NCBI RefSeq assembly: GCF_001447785.1
Contig: NW_015160915.1
Coordinates: forward strand, 181,960 to 245,959
Length of the DNA: 64,000 nucleotides
DNA from: Gekko japonicus
Taxonomy: Eukaryota
Direction: 5' to 3'
Below, piece after piece: positions 33,451 to 45,193 of the stretch (position 1 is its first letter; every line of letters starts with the position of its first letter). Position numbers and translations under genes: made by a program. The notes beneath the pieces were generated by a model. It saw only the letters and a program-made list of their open reading frames with translations, was not told where the DNA came from and searched no databases.

Positions 33451-33934
33451 GATCACAGGGTTTTTAAAAATAATTTCTACTTCACCTCATTTTTATAAAC
33501 AAAAAACAACTGTGGACCCCAGTGATATAAGGAAAAATGAAGACAGTAAAGCAGCGAGGGGGCAGTTTTAGTGGGTAAACCAGAGAGAAGGTAGGATTAA
33601 GAGCCCCTCTTTAACCTGTACTGGTCTTTGCTGTATTTTGCACAGGTAAAGCAATCCTGAGGGAAAACTACACCTAACTGAACACCATGTTAGCCTTTGG
33701 AACAGGCCTTGGGAATGCTTGAATGTTGGCATTTATTTAGAAATTTATACCCAGTGTTGGGATGCTGGCGACATCCCTCTGGTTTCCCATTGTTTTTTCC
33801 CCACCAGTCGGTAGGCAGCGGTGAGAGACACCCGCTATCAGCAGGGCCTGATAAACCTATCTCTACCCCATACTGGATCTATAAAGAATATTGATGTGGT
33901 CTCTGGGAAAAGTCACCGGTGTCCTTCCTAAATC

Positions 33935-34190
33935 NNNNNNNNNNNNNNNNNNNNNNNNNNNNNNNNNNNNNNNNNNNNNNNNNNNNNNNNNNNNNNNNNN
34001 NNNNNNNNNNNNNNNNNNNNNNNNNNNNNNNNNNNNNNNNNNNNNNNNNNNNNNNNNNNNNNNNNNNNNNNNNNNNNNNNNNNNNNNNNNNNNNNNNNNN
34101 NNNNNNNNNNNNNNNNNNNNNNNNNNNNNNNNNNNNNNNNNNNNNNNNNNNNNNNNNNNNNNNNNNNNNNNNNNNNNNNNNNNNNNNNNN
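33935..34190. other. Assembly gap (others at 11418-11454, 26201-26496, 28236-28498 and 61157-61964)
   Basis: Runs of N. Confidence 1.
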
Positions 34191-34409
34191 ACAGAGAGGC
34201 AAAAGACAGTGGCTGAGTTTGGAACACTACGCCAGTGACTGAAAGAACAAGAAAAACGTCTGCTGGCCCAGATAGAGGAGGTGGAGAAGGAGGTAACCAG
34301 AAAATGGGACGACCAACAGGCCAATTGCGCCAAGGAACTCTCCTCTCTCGAAAGACTCATCCGGGAGATGGAGGAGAAGCGTCATCAGTCAGGGAGCAAA
34401 GTACTACAG
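34191..34409 (+). pseudogene. TRIM gene 2 exon 3 (visible part) with in-frame stop
   Basis: TERQKTVAEFGTLRQ*LKEQEKRLLAQIEEVEKE...KVLQ|GTAAGT. Genes 1 and 3 have TTG (Leu) at the stop position. The first ~12 bp lie in the gap. Confidence 0.85.
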
Positions 34410-35247
34410 GTAAGTCACTGGTAAAAAAAAGTTCAAGGTCATCTTCAATGGGACACTGTTTACATACTTTTTCTGTTGAAGACAAGGCCACATTCGATGA
34501 AGGTACATCCCCAGTCCTTGAATGAAATGTTTTCTTGAGGCTTCATCCACCTGGCAAAGATCCTCTGTTTCCCTGCCTGTCATCACCACCATGAATGCAG
34601 AGTCATTTGCACTGGCAATGGAGTGTCCAGATGGGAGTTTTGTGTGCAGTTTCCTCCATGCACTGCCATTTCCCCTGTAATCCCCCACACACACACCTGG
34701 GACACCGGAAGGCTTTTTAAAAATTGGTAGCTGCTATCATACTTCAGCAAAATGCCTATAACGATCTGCTGCTACAGTCTGTTAGTTCCTCTGACTACCC
34801 AGCTTTCATTTTTTCAAAGAAGTGACTGGCGCTTTTCGTTGCATGGCTAGTCCCCTGATATCTCTGCAATGAAAAGGGCGAGACCTTTTTTCTGAAAGTG
34901 AAAGCTATAGCATGATAGTAATATATCAGTTGAAAAAAATAGCTTTTTGGTGGCACAGCAGGGGAAATGGTAGCCTTGATGGGCTGACAGAAGGAAAAGG
35001 GTACCAGGGAGAGTGGAGCCTCAAAAATCCCATCCAGACAGTATGCTACCTGCTTGGGCTGCATTGTTTTTGGACTGGTTGGACCAAAGCAGGTTTGAGA
35101 AGGGATGCACTGAAGACATGGAAAGTCTGAACGGGGGACAATCGGAGGATGAGGAAACGTGAATGTTCCAAATAAACCAGTTGCAGAGAAAGACTTCCAT
35201 GTGCTAGTGTGGTCCATGGCAGCTGACTTTCCCTTTCTTTCTTCCAG

Positions 35248-35270
35248 GATATCAGCAGCAGCCTGCAGAG
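35248..35270 (+). CDS. TRIM gene 2 exon 4 (23 bp)
   Basis: CTTCCAG| DISSSLQ(R) |GTAAGT. Confidence 0.85.
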
Positions 35271-36661
35271 GTAAGTGCATCACATCCATTTTCCTTCTTC
35301 GTCATTCTGGACAGGGTCTGAATAATACGGGGCTGCCAGCCCTGTGATGGCACGGCAGAACCGTGAGCTGCTGGGGGGACAGGGTGGAGGCTGGAGAGAG
35401 GGGGAGTGTTGCTGAGGCTGTGATGTCACTTCCAGGTGATGACCTGAAAGTGACCCGCCACCACACTGCTCTAGGAATTTCCCCACCTCTACAGTAAAGA
35501 TCACGGAGACTAGAGGAAACTCCTAGAGCATGCAGCCAGTCACTCAGAAGTGACGTCACAACGTCCACCATGTCACCTCCCTCTGTTTTATGTCTTTCAG
35601 CTCAGTTGATTGAGCATGGTCTGTGCTTGAACCCTAAACGTCATTATACTGAAGAAGGGCACAGCACATAAGCATTCCAGGGGGCTTGGGTTGGGGATAT
35701 CAACATACAGATGTCACACCTGGCCGGCCATATGATCCCGGGGGTTTATTGGACTAATACTGCTCTGGTGGGCGAAGCCTTGACCATCTCATAAAGTCTG
35801 GTGTGTGCTGAGGGAAAGATGATCCGTCTCCCAGGAAGGAGACACTGAAACCTATATACACTTTAGGTAGCAAGAAACTGTCCTCTTCATTTTTGTATTC
35901 TCTATTTTCACCTCCTAAATATATTTTACTAATTTACTAGAATAGACTTGAAAAAAACAAACTATTTGTCCATTGGCTTTGAGACATAACCTTGAGTTGT
36001 TATTGTGACATTCTGGCCACTTGTTAAGTGTACCCTGTGAAGGTGACGGGGAGGTCGAATCCTTATCTCACCCATGAGAACAGATGACTTCAGGAGGACA
36101 GTTAGTGGCTGAATGAGTACTCTCTAAGTGCAGCCCTCGGCAGAGTTACTCCCTTCTCAGCCCCCTGACTTCCACGTCCTTAGAAAGGTGTCACTTTGCT
36201 TTCAGACTGCCCTGCTAATTCACTGAATTCTCTAGGTGGCAGCAGGGACAATTGAAGGGCCATGTATGGAGTCCAAGAGGTCAAGAAGTCCATGCAAAGT
36301 ATCACATATGCTCAGAGGGTTCAGAGAAATGTGGGAAACCGCAACAACATCGGATCAGGTTGTCTGTGCCTTTCCACAAGGGGCAGCCACTTAAATGAAG
36401 CTGAGGTGTGGAGACCGTTGGCACAGTGGTTCCCCATTATGTTTCGGTTTCATTGCTGGAGGCCTGTGAGAAGACCCTTGTAATGAGGTGGACTCCCTTT
36501 TCTAAAGCATTTCCATCCCTCTCTGGAATTCTGCACCTGTCTGTGGCTCCTCTCAGCTGCCTGTGGTACAATGCCTGAATTCTGCTCACTTCCCTTTCTG
36601 TTCTCTTACTTCTCTCACAAATGTTGTTTTCCATGAACATAAACAGTTTTTTTCCTGCTAG

Positions 36662-36780
36662 GTATAAGGAGAGGGAGAACTTTGAGATTCCAGTGACTTT
36701 CTCTTCCGACCTGAAATGGAGGCTCCAGGGCTGCTGTGATATTGTTCCCTTTCTGGGGGGTATCATGAAGCAATTCAAAG
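36662..36780 (+). CDS. TRIM gene 2 exon 5 (119 bp)
   Basis: GCTAG| (R)YKERENFEIPVTFSSDLKWRLQGCCDIVPFLGGIMKQFK |GTAAGA. Confidence 0.85.
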
Positions 36781-37049
36781 GTAAGAGTGAATGGCTGTAG
36801 GGATTTCATGTAGGTCATTACATCGAACCAGAAATTGGCAAGGCAGACTCTTTGTCACTCAAGAATGCTGACTGAAAAGACAATTCTAGTTCAATGTGGA
36901 GAGAGCTTTTGTCCAAGTTGGTCTTCAGATCTTAAGAACGTGAGAGAAGCCATGTTGGATTAGGCCAGTAGCCCTGCAGTCCTACACTCTGTGTCACACA
37001 GAGGCCAAAATGCATGTGCCATCAGGAGGTCCACCAGTGGGGCCAGAAC

Positions 37050-37400
37050 GTCAAGATATTTAGCTCCAATATGCATTGCTTTGCACTTGTCCATGTTGAA
37101 TCTCATTTGCCACTTTGATGCCCACTCTCCCAGCCTCAATAGACCCCTCTGGACTGCCTCACAATCCTCACTTGTTCTCACTGCCCTGAATAACTTTGTG
37201 TCATCCACAGACTTAGCCACTTCACTGTTTACTCCCAACTCCAAATAATTAATGAACAAGTTAGAAAGCACTGGACCTGGTACTGAGCCCTGCAGTACCC
37301 CCACTGCTTGCTACCTTCCATTGTGAATACTGCCCATTTAGACTCACTCTCTGTTTCCTGTTAACTAACCAGTTTTGCATCCACAAGAGAACTTGTCCTC
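37050..37400 (-). mobile_element. CR1 reverse transcriptase fragment
   Basis: GVLQGSVPGPVLSNLFINYL..AKSVDDTKL..WQMRFNMDKCKAMHIG. Confidence 0.88.
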
Positions 37401-38265
37401 TTAGCCCGATCTCATCAGATCTCGGAAGCTAAGCAGGGCCAGCCCTAGTTAGTATTTAGATGGGAGACCACCAAGGAAGTCCGGGGTCACTGTGCAGAGG
37501 CAGGCAATGGCAAACCAGCCTCTGAACGTCTCTTGCCTTGAAAACCACCCCATGCGGTCACCATAATTTGTCTGCGACTTGAGGGCACTTTCCACCACCA
37601 CTTTCCATAGACTGTGTCCTCTCCAGAGGTGGTGTGATAGTAGATTAAAGATTGCATCTGTGTAAGAGATAAAGGGACTGCCCTGATGTCGATTCATGAG
37701 ACTTGGCCAGGTGTCGATGCTCCCAAACAGCCATATTTAATTCTCCTCCTGCCGTCAAACTGGGGGGGGGGGCATAAAAACTAGAAGGTGATGACAGCAA
37801 GAGAGGGCTCTTGAGAGGCCACAGGCTCTTCTTTGGGGGGAGATGGGGAGCAGTGAGGGATCCCCATGGGGAAGGATGGGTTTTCCTCTGCCAAATGGAT
37901 TTCCCATCTTCTGCACAGGGCTGGATCTCCCCTCTTGTGGGCTGGCTGCCCAGTTTGGAGGGACAGCGACCTGGCAGATGCTGGGGTTGGGAAACTTTAC
38001 GCCTTGTTCCCCATAAGCACCGTTTTGGGCAGGCCAGAGGGCTGTAGAAGGGTGGGGTGAAAGTTCTGTTCTGCTGCTGGTGGAAAATTTAATCTGGATC
38101 CAACCACTGGAATAACAGGAATGTAGATATTTGCGAGCAGCTTTGGGAGGAGGATTCCCCCCTCTCCCCGGATGTATTTCAGCACCTGTAATTTTGTGAA
38201 TGGCTAAAGATTTCCTGTAAATACAATGGTCTGATGTTTAATCTCTGTTCCTTCTGCTTTCCCAG

Positions 38266-38298
38266 ACGCTCTGCTTTCTGATCTTCGGACGCAAAAAG
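38266..38298 (+). CDS. TRIM gene 2 exon 6 (33 bp)
   Basis: TTCCCAG| (D)ALLSDLRTQK |GTAAAT. Confidence 0.82.
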
Positions 38299-40804
38299 GT
38301 AAATTTGGAAGACTTACGGTGGACAAAATTCATAGGAAGGAGGGTGGAGTTGTCAAGTTTTCTATGTTTCCTTGGTGTTTGAGAATTCCATCCTGTGATC
38401 ATGAGAGTTATGAATGGGTTAATTATGAATGATCAGAAAGAGAAAAGACGGGAGCAGTAACTGATACTAAATGTAAGTCTTTTAACCTGAGAACATGAGC
38501 CGTGCTGGATCCATCCAAGGTCTCTCTGGTCCAGAATCCTGTTCCCATTAGTGGACACCCAGGTGCTTGTGGGAAGCCCACAGAGTGGGCATGAGAGCAA
38601 CAGCCCCCTCCTGCTTTTTTTGGCCCCAGCACCTGGTGCTCAGTCAGACCTCAGACAGGCAGGAATCACTTCCAGATGACAATATGAGGAAGTATTAGAA
38701 ACGTTGCCTATTTTTTGAAGAAGAAATTGGATTTATACCCCACCCTTCACTACTTGAAGGAGTCTCAGAGCAGCCTTTCCCTTCCCCTCCCCACAACAGA
38801 TACCCTGTGAGGTAGGTGGGGCTGAGAGAGCTCTTTCGAGAGCTGCTCGTGAGAGAACAGCTCTGAAACAACTTGTAACTGACCCAAGGTCACACCAGCA
38901 GCTGCATGTGGAGGAGTGGGGAATCAAACCTGGTTCTCCCAGATTAGAGTACATGCTCCTAAATACTACACCTAACTAAAAGGAAATTTAGGTGAGTCAA
39001 ATCATGTTGGCTAGTGAAGTAAGTTCACAGGGTAGTCAGTTTTGTAGGTTAATTGGCTTGTGATACTGTTCAAAGGTATACTACCTCTGAGAATGGAGGT
39101 TCCATTAGCTATCATGAGTAGTAGCAGTTCAGTTTTGCCACATTTCTATTACCTTTGCAAAAATGCCCTCCTTAACAAGTTCAGCAATCTGCTGAACTAA
39201 TCATTAAGCAATGGAGCAACTGCAGAATAGGTGGTGATACGCATATCTTGCCTAGCTCCCAACAGTAAAAGAGCTGTGGTGTTTTGTGTCAGCCGTGGTT
39301 TCTGAGTAGTCTTTGCAGGAAGACCCACATAGAACTTGTTACATAGTTGGATTACCAACCCTGTCTCCATCTGGAGTAAAAGTATCACCCAGGAAGCCTT
39401 GGAATAGCTCCACCACCACTCGTTCAGTTTCCTCGCTCAAATGCGTTTCTGAAGGCTTTGTTCAAAGGCAAACAAGTGGAGTGGAGTTGTCCAGAGGGTC
39501 AGACTAGGCCTGGTACAAGAGTTCAAATTCCCACTCAGCCAAGATTAGTGGGGGACCTTGAGCTACTCTTCTTCAGCCTAGCCTACCTCGCAGGGCTGTT
39601 GTGAGGATAAACTGAGGGAGGGGAGACTCCTTGGAGGAAGAGTGAGCTATAACAGTGAAGCTGAGCTCTGAGGGGTTGCCCTGCTGTCTACATAATTACT
39701 TTTAAATGACTGTGAAACAGGCTCTGGGCAATCAGTACTGAGAGCTGTTTCACACAATGGTGTCTTAAGAGAAGGAAACATGAGAACCCTGCCGATGCAA
39801 GGCATGGACCAGGTGCTCAGGAAGAGTGTTGTGACTCTTCCAGCTGCATCTGCTTTCCCCAGATGCCACTTCCCTATTTGCCTTCCAGGTTCAAGTTGGT
39901 TATTAAAGTTCTCCAAAAAGGGACCCGTGGGGACTTGTGAGGAGAGCGGAATCCCACTTCCAGCAGTCAATGCTTCAGAGCAGGCTCTGTTAGACCCAGG
40001 TTCTTGCTGAGTGGGTGATTTTGGACCAGTCACAGACTTTCAGCCTAACTTACCTCACAGGGTTGTTGTGCAAGTCAAAAGGGAGAGAGAAGAATGATGT
40101 AAGCTGCTTTGGTTCCCATTGCAGAGAAAGACTACTTTTCCTCCGGGGGAACAGTTGTTGCCAATCTCCAGGTGAGAGCTGGCAATCACTCAGAATTACA
40201 ACTGCTCTCCAGATGGCAGATCAGTTCCCCTGGAGAAATGGTGGACTCTGTGTCCTTATATTCTGCTGAGATGGCCCCTGTATGACAGCCAATGTGATGT
40301 AGTATTCAGGGCTTCAGAGCACGGTAGAGGCTGCAGGTGGAAAGCAGAAGAGTGAGGGGGAAATAAAGGTAGGTTGATAATTGGCTGGGAAATAGGGTTG
40401 CCAACTCCAGGTGGGAAATTCCTGGAGATTTGAGGATTTTGGAATATAGTTTTGGAATATAGGAAGTAAAGCACCCCTGAAAGTATACAGAGTGCCTTTC
40501 TCTTACCACTGTACTCTTCCTGCCTCCCTTTCTTCTGTGGCCCCCAAAATGCAGAGGTTTTATAGACAGTGTTTGGAGGGAGGCTACTTGTTCTGCCTAC
40601 TTTGGCTCCAGCTGTTTTTCCATATATGCTGGGCAAAAACGGAGAGAGAAATCAAATGAACAAACCTGCTGCTTTAAAAACAGAGCTGTCCAAGGGTGGG
40701 TTTTCCTTGGGACAGTCAGAACTTAAGCATGTTTGGTTGAGCTTCAGAAAGTGAGTTAATCTCTGGGGCAGATTTCCCTTCCCTTCCTCGTTTCTCTCCA
40801 ACAG

Positions 40805-41316
40805 CTAATGTGACTCTGGGGCCGACCCCTGCTGATTCCAAACTCATCCTGTCTGAGGATCGGAGCAGCATTAAATGCCACAGTCAAGCTCAAGACCAGC
40901 CTGAAGATCCTGAGAACGTTTTCGATCATTCCTATGTGCTGGGCAGTGACGGATTCACATCAGGCTGCCATTTCTGGGAAGTCACTGTGGGAAATGAGGA
41001 TGGCTGGGCGGTGGGGGTGGCCAGAAAGCCGGTGAAGGCTACATTCATCTTCACTCCTGAGGAAGGGATCTGGGCTGTGGGGAGGTGGAAGCTCCTGTAC
41101 AAGGCTTTCATAAGGGGCATTGACCCTCTCCTGATCGTCCGTGAAGGCCTCAAGAGGATCAGAGTCTCTCTCAACTACGAGGGAGGGCAGGTGGCCTTTT
41201 TTGACGCTGACAATGCAGCCCTTCTCTACAAGTTCATGGGAGCCTCCTTCTCTGGAGAGACCCTTCATCCCTTCTTTGCTGTGTATGGTAAAGGCTGCCT
41301 CAGACTCTGCCCTTGA
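40805..41316 (+). CDS. TRIM gene 2 exon 7: PRY/SPRY (B30.2) domain
   Basis: CAACAG| (A)NVTLGP..LILSED..VLGSDGFTSGCHFWEVTV..WAVGVAR..RIRVSLNYEGGQVAFFDA..FSGETLHPFF..LCP*. Confidence 0.92.
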
Positions 41317-42416
41317 GGCATCCAAATCTTCCTCCTGGGCTCTGTTGATGCTGATCAGGATGACTATTTAAAACAACAACAACCACCTTATCTTGCCCAG
41401 CAGCCCCTTTTCTGGCTTTGCAAAAGCTTCTGCAGGCTGCCATTCACCCAGAACTAACTCAAATGGTGTCTGTTTCCCCCCCCTGAGCACCCCTTCTTGT
41501 CGCCTTGTTATCTCTTAAAAGGTCAGTAGTCCATTAAATGTCATAAACAGCCGTCGTAAGTGTCAGAATCGGCCCGAAATATTCATGTATTGTTACCTAT
41601 AGTCTTCCTCACCTGCTTTTCATAGAATCCATTTTCCCTCTGCTCCCTCTGCCATGTAATTCCTACGGGGTGTGTGTGTGTGTGTGAGTGTGATGCGTCT
41701 GGCTGTGCCGGACATGTGTGCGTGGGGGTGCTGGGGTAGAAGTTGCTTTGTAACATTTCTCACCAAGCAAGCCCCAAGGAAGATGCCATTTCCCACAGCC
41801 TCGACCTTGGAGATTACAACTGTCTATAGCTAGTGGAACCACTATAGTCTTTCGGTTTCTAGTGCTGCTGGGGGGGGGGGGGGAACAGGTGTGTGTGACA
41901 ATGGGGGGAAGTGTGACGTTTCGGTATACTATGCTTTGCCTGGGAATCTTTCGCCAATTCCAGCAAGGAGTTCAAACCTTGCTAAGATCCAATTCTCCTC
42001 CTAATAAAATTCTCTTCAAAAGAACGGTTGATCTGAGAGTGGATTTACTGGGTTCCTGACAGTATGCTGTTCAGAGATAAAGTGGGAATGTGGGTCATTG
42101 GGGATCCAGGCTTTTCCCCTCCCCTCAGTCCTTTCCAGGTTCTCCTCAGACCCCTCGACAGACCCGGGGGTGCTCATTCTGTGTTACTTCAGGGACAAAG
42201 TACACAAGGCGCTCAGGATCAGATCTCATACATATTTAATGCAAGCAGGGCCTGTCAGCAACTTGTAAGGGCGGGAAGGGAAGTTGCCAACACTGCCTCC
42301 CCACCGTTGCCCCTTACTTGCCCTCATTTTTTCCTGCTATGGGCTGGAGCAGCGGGGGAGGGGGGAGGAAGGACAGAGAAAGGAGGGCCACCTTTGCTCT
42401 CCTACCCTGGGGAGCC

Positions 42417-42870
42417 TCCGGAACACCCCGGAACGGGCATTAAACACACAATAGTACTGCAGAAAACAGTGACATGCATTACAGGCACTCCAGAACAATA
42501 TTCTAGAAGTGGGAACAGAGAACTCTCACACTTTATTAACCCTTTCCAGGCCAAAATGCCTCCGGAACGGGCAGTAAACACAATAGCAGTGCAAAAAACA
42601 GTGGCATGCATTACAGGCACTCCAGGACCATATTCTAGATCTGAAAACACGGAACTCTTGCACTTTTATTAACCCTTTCCAGGCCAAAATGCCTCCAGAA
42701 CACCCCAGAACGGGCATTAAACAAACAATAGTGCCACAAAAAACAGTGGCCTGCATTGCAGGCACTCCAGAACAATATTCTAGAAGTGAAAACAGGAAAC
42801 ACTCACACTTGCATTAACCCTTTCCAGGCCAAAATGCCTCCGGAATGGGGACTAAACAAACAATAGTACC
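42417..42870 (-). repeat. Family A ~145-bp tandem repeat, inverted relative to 103-630; resumes at 44265-44430
   Basis: Recurrent TTAACCCTTTCCAGGCCAAAATGCCTCC and ACAGGCACTCCAGAACAATATTCTAGAAGTG. Confidence 0.85.
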
Positions 42871-43384
42871 ACACGGGTCTTTTTGTAGAAAAAGAGCTGC
42901 CGGAGCTTATTAGCATATGCCACACCCCCTGACATCACCGGAACCTCTTGATGACTTTTTTTTGGGCCTTGGCCCTTTCAGTCTGTTGGTTATGGTCCAG
43001 CTCCCCCTCTTCCTGTCACATGACTCTGATATCACATCCTGGGATGCTCCTTTATGAGCGACTGGCATTAAAGCTATGAGTGAGCAATTTGGCTACTGCA
43101 TAAATTAGTTTGCTCTGGAGGCATCATTCCTGAATTAAGACAAAAAAGGAAGAGCTGGAGGCTAAAAAACTCTTAGCTACCTTGCACTTAGAGGAAACAC
43201 TGGACAAAACCCAGGTGCCCTCAGGAGGTTCACCAGCAGGGCCAAAACTCCAGGAGCCCTCCCACTGCCCCCCCCAAGCACCAAGAATACAGAGCATCCC
43301 TTGCCCCAGACATAAGAACATAAGAGAAGCCAATGCTGGATCAGGCCAATGGCCCCTCCAGTCCAACACTCTGTTACACAGGGG

Positions 43385-44050
43385 CCATCAGGAGGTCCAG
43401 CAGTGGGGCCAGGACACCAGAAGCCCTCCCACTGTTCCCCCCAAGCACCAAGAATACAGAGCGCGGGGAGAGGTGGCCGGGCCTCCCGGGGTGCCGCGGA
43501 TCTCTGTGACCCCAGGAAGCATGGGGAGGGGTGGCCAGGCCTTGCGGAGGTCCATCAGGAGGTCCATCAGTGGGGCCAGGACACCAGAAGCCCTCCCACT
43601 GTTCCCCCCCAAGCACCAAGAATACAGAGCGCGGGGAGAGGTGGCCGGGCCTCCCGGGGTGCCGCGGATCTCTGTGACCCCAGGAAGCATGGGGAGGGGT
43701 GGCCAGGCCTTGCGGAGGTCCATCAGGAGGTCCATCAGTGGGGCCAGGACACCAGAAGCCCTCCCACTGTTCCCCCCCAAGCACCAAGAATACAGAGCGC
43801 GGGGAGAGGTGGCCGGGCCTCCCGGGGTGCCGCGGATCTCTGTGACCCCAGGAAGCATGGGGAGGGGTGGCCAGGCCTTGCGGAGGTCCATCAGGAGGTC
43901 CATCAGTGGGGCCAGGACACCAGAAGCCCTCCCACTGTTCCCCCCCAAGCACCAAGAATACAGAGCACGGGGAGAGGTGGCCGGGCCTCCCGGGGTGCCG
44001 GGGATCTCCGTGACCCCAGGAAGCGCGGGGAGAGGTGGCCAGGCCTCCCG
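43385..44050 (+). repeat. 168-bp GC-rich tandem repeat, ~4 copies
   Basis: GCGCGGGG recurs at 43461, 43629 and 43797 (period 168). The unit is a CR1 3'UTR fragment plus a GC-rich segment. Confidence 0.92.
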
Positions 44051-44435
44051 GGGCGCCGGGGAAGCACAGTATGGGGGGGAAGACCTCAGCAGGGCCCGGG
44101 GAAGCAGAGGAGGTAGGCAGACTTACCTTCCTTCTTCAGCATCCTCGTGGCACTGACTGAGGCCTGCTGGGCACAGGGGGCGGGGCTTGGTCATGTGACC
44201 GTCCCGCCCCCTGGGCTGCGCAGTCCCGGAGCGGGGCTCCGGAGAGCTCCGGCCCCATCCGACCGCTGGTACTGCAAAAAACAGTGGCATGCATTACAGG
44301 CACTCCAGAACAATATTCTAGAAGTGAAAATAGGGAACTCTCACACTTTTATTAACCCTTTCCAGGCCAAAATGCCTCCAGAACGGGCACTAAACAGACA
44401 ATAGTACCGCAAAAAACAGTGGCATGCATAACATA

Positions 44436-45188
44436 TGTGACGACCCCTTATCTGGGGAGGTCTGGTTCCCCTTTAAAAGTGTTCTTTATGTTTGGTTCTA
44501 CTGGGTATATCCGGCTGCCACCAGGAAATTTTAAAAGGCTTTCCAAACTTTTATGCTTTTACTCTTTCTATTACTGGGTAGGTAGGTTGAGTTTTAGGCT
44601 TTCTAGGAACTAATGTGGTCTTGAGGAAGTATTCCTTCAAGCGCTGGTATACTTAAATAAAAGAGGATTGATTAAAATAACTGATAAAAGTAGAACAATG
44701 TAACCAGTAATGTGAATAATTTTAACAATTGCGTTGTGTCTCACACAAGATCTGCTCCCTTTCTGACAGGGATCTTTCAAGTAACTTTGTAACTCATTAC
44801 TCAGGGTCATATACGTTTCTTATTTCACTCCAGTCTGTCACTCAGACTTTCATATAACTTTTGTTTCCTTAAACTTTTCTTTACTGTTTCCTTATACATT
44901 CAACTTTTCTTCATACACAGAACTTAACTCTTGTATCACACACAAGACTGTCTCTCCCTCAGACTTCAGAACGAACTACTATCAACTGTCTTCATCAACT
45001 GTCCCAAACTGTAACTGTCACTCCCGACAGACATACATATTCATCCACTCAGAAACACTTCCAAAACCCCTCCCCGTTTCTGCCAATCACCAATCACACA
45101 CACTTGCCTGTTTCAACCACTCTAGACTATCAGCCATGCAACCAAACTTTTAAAGCGACACACACACATATAACAAGGAATCATTACA
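44436..45188. mobile_element. Solo LTR
   Basis: Ends TGTGACGA...TCATTACA and 5-bp TSD ACATA (44431-44435, 45189-45193). Confidence 0.7.
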
Positions 45189-45193
45189 ACATA

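Larger units (their letters stand above)
30083..41316 (+). pseudogene. TRIM gene 2: complete C-IV TRIM structure with one premature TGA (34236-34238) in the coiled-coil exon
   Basis: Exons 30083-30490, 31641-31736, (~34179)-34409 with its 5' end in an N-gap, 35248-35270, 36662-36780, 38266-38298 and 40805-41316. Visible splice sites and phases are intact; the stop is the only lesion seen. It could be a functional gene if the stop is an error or a polymorphism. Confidence 0.75.

Noticed and set aside
37404-37470. 5S rRNA gene
   Set aside because: The 5S sequence is partial and diverged and is fused to a LINE-like tail in several dispersed copies, so it is a SINE head.
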